DNA of 64,000 nt from Eledone cirrhosa (Eukaryota): NCBI GenBank assembly GCA_964016885.1, contig OZ024749.1, positions 26,412,001 through 26,476,000 on the forward strand. Direction: 5' to 3'. The notes beneath the pieces were generated by a model. That model did not search any database and was not told where the DNA came from. It worked only from the letters and a program-made list of their open reading frames with translations. The position numbers and the translations under genes were made by a program. This document shows, one piece after another, positions 58,552 to 64,000 of this stretch (position 1 is its first letter; every line of letters begins with the position of its first letter).

Positions 58552-58730
58552 TATATATATATATATATATAAACAAATAAACAAGCAAATTATAAAGGTA
58601 AACATGTAAGTATATTTTTGAAACGGTGCGCGAGTTTGAAATTATACTTACATGTTTACGTTTATAATTTGCTTGTATATCATTCACTTGCTAAGCTCAT
58701 AGCTTCTAATTCGAATGTAAGGAGACGGGA

Positions 58731-58801
58731 TGTGTATTGGTGTAATGGTAGCACAGTGGTCTGGATAACCAAAGATGTGGGTTCGACTCCCATGTACGGC
58801 A
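58731..58801 (+). tRNA. tRNA-like sequence (pseudogene or SINE head; Gln-like D arm, loop CUGGAUA)
   Basis: D stem GUGU/GCAC, anticodon stem UGGU/ACCA, T stem GUGGG/CCCAU with UUCGACU loop, weak acceptor stem, TTTTT ~10 nt downstream. Confidence 0.55.
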
Positions 58802-58909
58802 ACACCCATATTTTTCCATTTTTCCGAGGGTTATAAACCCCACTATCAGGCTAGAAATTTCTTTTGTCTAAAATACGGTGAAAGCTTATAATTTCTAATT
58901 TCTAATTTC

Positions 58910-58962
<53 letters not shown>

Positions 58963-58968
58963 CAAATA

Positions 58969-58999
<31 letters not shown>

Positions 59000-59002
59000 C
59001 AC

Positions 59003-59065
<63 letters not shown>

Positions 59066-59088
59066 CATATATATATACAAATAATATA

Positions 59089-59124
<36 letters not shown>

Positions 59125-59222
59125 CAAATAATATATATATATATATATACATATATATACATATATATATATACAAATAATATATATATATATATATATA
59201 TATACATACATATATATATACA

Positions 59223-59278
<56 letters not shown>

Positions 59279-60057
59279 CGATATTCAATAATTAAACAAA
59301 ACAAATACCAACGAAGTACAGGAGAGGGTAATAAAACTTATCTTTACAGAGAGAAAGGGAGTGAGAAGTAGTGAGAGAGTTATAGAGGGAGAGAATGCGG
59401 GGGGGGGGAGAGAACATGAAAGGGAGACAGATGGAGAGAGAGAGAGAGAAAGAGAGGAGAGTGAGAAAGAGAGGGAGAGAAAAGGATGGCGAAGGAGATT
59501 GAGAAGTAAAGAGAGATAGAGAGTGAGAGGGTAAATGAAAGAGAGAATACAAGAGAGAAAGATAGAGAGAGGGGTGAAGTATTGAACGTGAAACGTTTGA
59601 TGGAGTGGAGAACAGCGAGGAAGCAATAGGATGGTGATTGAGAGAGAGTGAGAGAGTAGGAGAGAAAGGGAGAGTGAGAAGAAAGAGGAAAGAGAGGATG
59701 AAATGATGAGTGAGTATAGAGAGAGGTGTGAGGGGGAGATAATCGATGAATTGGTTTCCGATATCTGATTCTTTTCCATTAAATTAACGTCACACAAAAA
59801 AAATATTCATACATTTGGGCAACTGGAATCCAAGCGCATATGTGAGCTTGGATCTATATTATATATATATATATATATATGTCTGTCTGTCTCTCTCTCT
59901 CTCTCTCCCCCTCTCTCTCTCTCTCCCTCTCTTTCTATCTCTCCCTCTCTTTCTCTGTCTCCCTCTTTCACTCTCCTTCTCTTTCTCTTTCTCTCTCCCT
60001 CTCTCTCCCTCTTTCACTCTGCCTCTCTTTCTCTTTCTCTCTCCCTCTCTTTCTCTC

Positions 60058-60093
<36 letters not shown>

Positions 60094-60844
60094 CCTCTCT
60101 CTCTCCCACTCCCCTTCTCTCTCTCTCCCACTCCTCCTCTCTCTTTCCCACTTTCTCTCTCTCTTAATTTCGAGTACATTTTTGACCGGCCACCTTCCTG
60201 GTGGCAAGGTTGTAAAAGAAAAGATATTGTCATTCCTTGAATCGCAAGAATGTTTAGCAAATTTTGAAGCTGCCAGCTATTGCAGCCATTTGTAGACCAT
60301 GAATTAGGGAGCTGCGTTCTTTCTCCACAAATCCAAGTTCAGTTATACTTTGGTCCAAACATGTTGGTATATAACCTGTAGCTCCAATAATAATGGGTAT
60401 GAAGCTGAAGGTGTATGTATGTATATATGTATGTATATATGTATGTATGTATATATGTACATGTATACATGTATGTACATGTATACATGTGTATGTATAT
60501 GTATATATATATATATGTATATATGTATATACATGTATACATGTGTATGTATATGTGCAGGGACATAGAAATAATCGGGTTGGATGCCCGATCGCGCGCT
60601 TAAACCACTGGGAGTTAAGGACCCCTAGCCTTTGTCAGGGTATTCTTCTAGGAGAAGGCAACTCAGGAAACTGGGATAACTCCGACATAAAACCTGCGGC
60701 TCAGTAGTTACCGATGATGTTGATATTTTCTTCTTTTCGGGTTTCAGCTACTGTTGCTCAGAGAGTGGGATTGGTTCAGTGCACAGTCTTTCCTCACTTT
60801 AAACAAATCTTCACGCACAGGCATTATATGATAGCATTAATTAA

Positions 60845-61830
60845 TTGTTTCTACTTTTGGCACAAGGCCAGCAATTACCCAGTACATTACTGGTACTTTA
60901 TTTTATCGACCCCGTATGGATGAAAGGCAAAGTTAACCTCGGCGGGATTTCAACTATGATAGCATTAATTAATAATTATTAATAATAGTATATCGTGCAA
61001 TGGCCATACTCGATAACGAGTATGTATATATGTCTTGTGTGTATGTATGTGCATTTGAATGTACATGTGTATGTATGTAGGTGCGCGGCTTTGAGGTTAA
61101 GCTATTCGGCTTACAATTGTAAGCTCGTGAGTTCAATTCCCGGCGGCTCGTTGTGTCCTTGAGCAAGACATTTAATTTCACGTTGCTCCAGTCAACTCAG
61201 CTGGCAAAAATGAGTTGTTTCTGTAATTAGAAGGGCCAGCCATGTCAGGTTCGCTCTCGGAAAAAGGAAAAGGTGGAATTTGAAATCAAAGCATAAAGGG
61301 ATGTAACTATATGTCGCAAACCATGTTCTCCGACGCTCTACTGATTACTTCCAATCCATCTCACAACTATCTTAATAATAGCATTAATGCTTTCTTTATT
61401 TCTATATAACAATAATAATTGTTTCTAAATTTGGCACAAGGCCAGCAATTAATACAGTGTATTACTGGTACTTCATTTTATCGACCCCGTAAGAATGAAA
61501 GCCAAAGTTAACCTCGGCGGGATTTGAACTCAGAACGCAAGGGGCCGTAACTCTATGCTACAAAGCATGTTGTCCGACCCTCTACCGATACTGCCAATCC
61601 CAATAATAACGGTTTCTTATATAGGTACAAGGACAGTAATTTTTTTGGGGGGGGAGTCGATTAAATCGACCCCAGTACGTTACTGGTACTTTATTTTATC
61701 GAACCCGTAAGGATGAAAGGTTAACTTCAAGTTAACTTCGGCGAGATTTGAACTCAGAACGAAAAGGGCCATCACTCTATGCTATAAAGCATGGTTTCGG
61801 ACGCTCTACCGATACTTCCAGTCCACCGCC
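60845..61830. mobile_element. SINE cluster: several minus S1 copies and one plus S2-type copy (~61080-61245)
   Basis: S1 motifs at ~60845, 61420 and 61615; tgtgtccttgagcaagacattt at ~61153. Confidence 0.8.
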
Positions 61831-62229
61831 CTATATAACAATAATGACGACGGCGGCGGCGCCGGTGGTGGTCTGGTGAGGATGGTCAGAGCAACCTCAG
61901 CGGCACAGAAAACAAGGGCTGTTAAAAAGGCGGATGAACTCCTCAGAGTAAACAGTCTTCCAGCCTAACTATGGAGTAAGTAGCTTACCAACCTGCAATT
62001 GACCAATGGTGGTGAGTACAGCTACACACCTGACTAAAACCAAACAGAATGCAGTGAAGGTCAACCAGGAATGGGTTCGTCCAACAGAAGTGAGCAAGCC
62101 CTAGATTGGATTGGTTGGTTTATTTATGTATGTTATACTGACGATCATAGAGTCATAGGTTCAATTCCCAGACCATTTCACATTGCACAAATGAAAATGA
62201 AAACATCACCACTTTCACTATCACTATCA

Positions 62230-64000
62230 GCAACAACAACAACAACAACAATAGAACACCACCACCAACACCACCACCAGCATCACCAACACCACCACCA
62301 ACATCACCAATACCACCACCAACACTAACAATACCACGAACAACCAGAACAACACCAGCAACACCAGCAACACCAACAACACCAACAAAACTAATAACAG
62401 AAACAATAACACGACTAATACTAACACTACCACCAACAACCACACCACCAACACCAACACCACCAACACCAACCCTACCACCAACTACCACACCACCAAC
62501 ACCAACAACACCAACACCAACACCACCAACACCAACAACACCACCAACAACCCTACCACCAACTACCACACCACCAACACCAACACCACCAACACTAACA
62601 CTACCACCAACAACCACACCACCAACACCAACACCACCAACACCAACCCTACCACCAACTACCACACCACCAACACCACCAACACCAACACCAACACCAC
62701 CAACACCAACAACACCACCAACACCAACACCACCAACACCAACAACACCACCAACAACCACACCACCAACACCAACACCACCAACAACCACACCACCAAC
62801 ACCAACAACACCAACACCAACCCTACCACCAACTACCACACCACCAACACCACCAACACCAACACCAACACCACCAACACCAACAACACCAACACCAACC
62901 CTACCACCAACTACCACACCACCAACACCACCAACACCAACAACCACACCACCAACACCAACACCACCAACACCAACCCTACCACCAACTACCACACCAC
63001 CAACACCACCAACACCAACACCAACACCACCAACACCAACAACACCACCAACAACCACACCACCAACACCAACACCACCAACACCAACCCTACCACCAAC
63101 TACCACACCACCAACACCACCAACACCAACACCAACACCACCAACACCAACAACACCACCAACAACCACACCACCAACACCAACACCACCAACACCAACC
63201 CTACCACCAACTACCACACCACCAACACCACCAACACCAACACCAACACCACCAACACCAACAACACCACCAACAACCACACCACCAACACCAACACCAC
63301 CAACACCAACCCTACCACCAACTACCACACCACCAACACCAACACCACCAACACCAACCCTACCACCAACTACCACACCACCAACACCAACAACACCAAC
63401 ACCAACACCACCAACACCAACCCTACCACCAACTACCACACCACCAACACCAACAACACCAACACCAACACCACCAACACCAACCCTACCACCAACAACC
63501 ACACCACCAACACCAACTGCACCACCAACACCACCAACAACCACACCACCAACACCAACTGCACCAACACCAACCCTACCACCAACAACCACACCACCAA
63601 CACCACCAACACCACCAACACCACCAACAACCACACCACCAACACCACCAAAACCACAACACCACCAACACCAACAACACCAACAACACCAACACCAACA
63701 CCACTAACACCACCAACACTAACACCACCAACACCAACACCACCAACACCACCAACACCACCACCAGCACCAACAAAAACACTACCACCACCAACAACAA
63801 CACCACCAACAACCACACCACCAACACCACCAACAACCACACCACCAACACCAACAACACCAACACCATCAACACCAACACCACCAACACCACCAGCAAC
63901 ACCAACAAAAACACTAACACCACCAACAACACCTCGACCAACAACCACACTACCAACACCAACAACACCAACACCACCAACACCACCAACACACCAACAC
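62230..64000. repeat. (CACCAA/CAC/CAA)n array with higher-order repeats
   Basis: Direct inspection; ccctaccaccaactaccacacc recurs many times. Confidence 0.95.

Noticed and set aside
58823-58854. Hairpin + CTAG as a Helitron 3' end
   Set aside because: Followed by A rather than T and no matching 5' TC end identified.
62153-63992. Gly-Val-rich ORF resembling elastin or silk
   Set aside because: Derived from a (CACCAA)n array and open in several frames; a repetitive exon cannot be fully excluded but nothing supports it.

Overview
Eukaryotic, AT-rich, repeat-saturated DNA with no recognisable host gene. The SINE families and huge (TA)n arrays suggest an invertebrate, probably a cephalopod (inference). 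The centre is a very young Penelope-like retroelement (PLE) insertion at 13891-24557: an inverted 2.1-kb 3' copy plus two tandem 4279-bp units, each encoding an intact ~1.2-1.3 k aa RT + C-terminal GIY-YIG protein (Naiad-like) with an Asn-rich insert and a minimal hammerhead ribozyme in the pseudo-LTR. Around it, mostly embedded in (TA)n, are decayed copies of that family, fragments of two other PLE clades (Nematis-like, Neptune-like) and pLTR-only palindromes. There are roughly 15-18 hammerhead motifs from at least five sequence families, one with a ~85-nt stem II, and a 468-bp tandem retrozyme. Several 540-630 bp non-coding, terminally redundant or circularly permuted, hairpin-rich units sit in (TA)n and mostly lack a canonical hammerhead; these are the best candidate for an undescribed class of PLE-mobilised circular/multimeric RNA. 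Also present: tRNA-derived SINEs, CR1- and RTE-type LINE fragments, a non-autonomous Helitron and large simple-repeat arrays. Most ORFs in the track are microsatellite artefacts. All calls were made by eye; boundaries may be off by a few bases.
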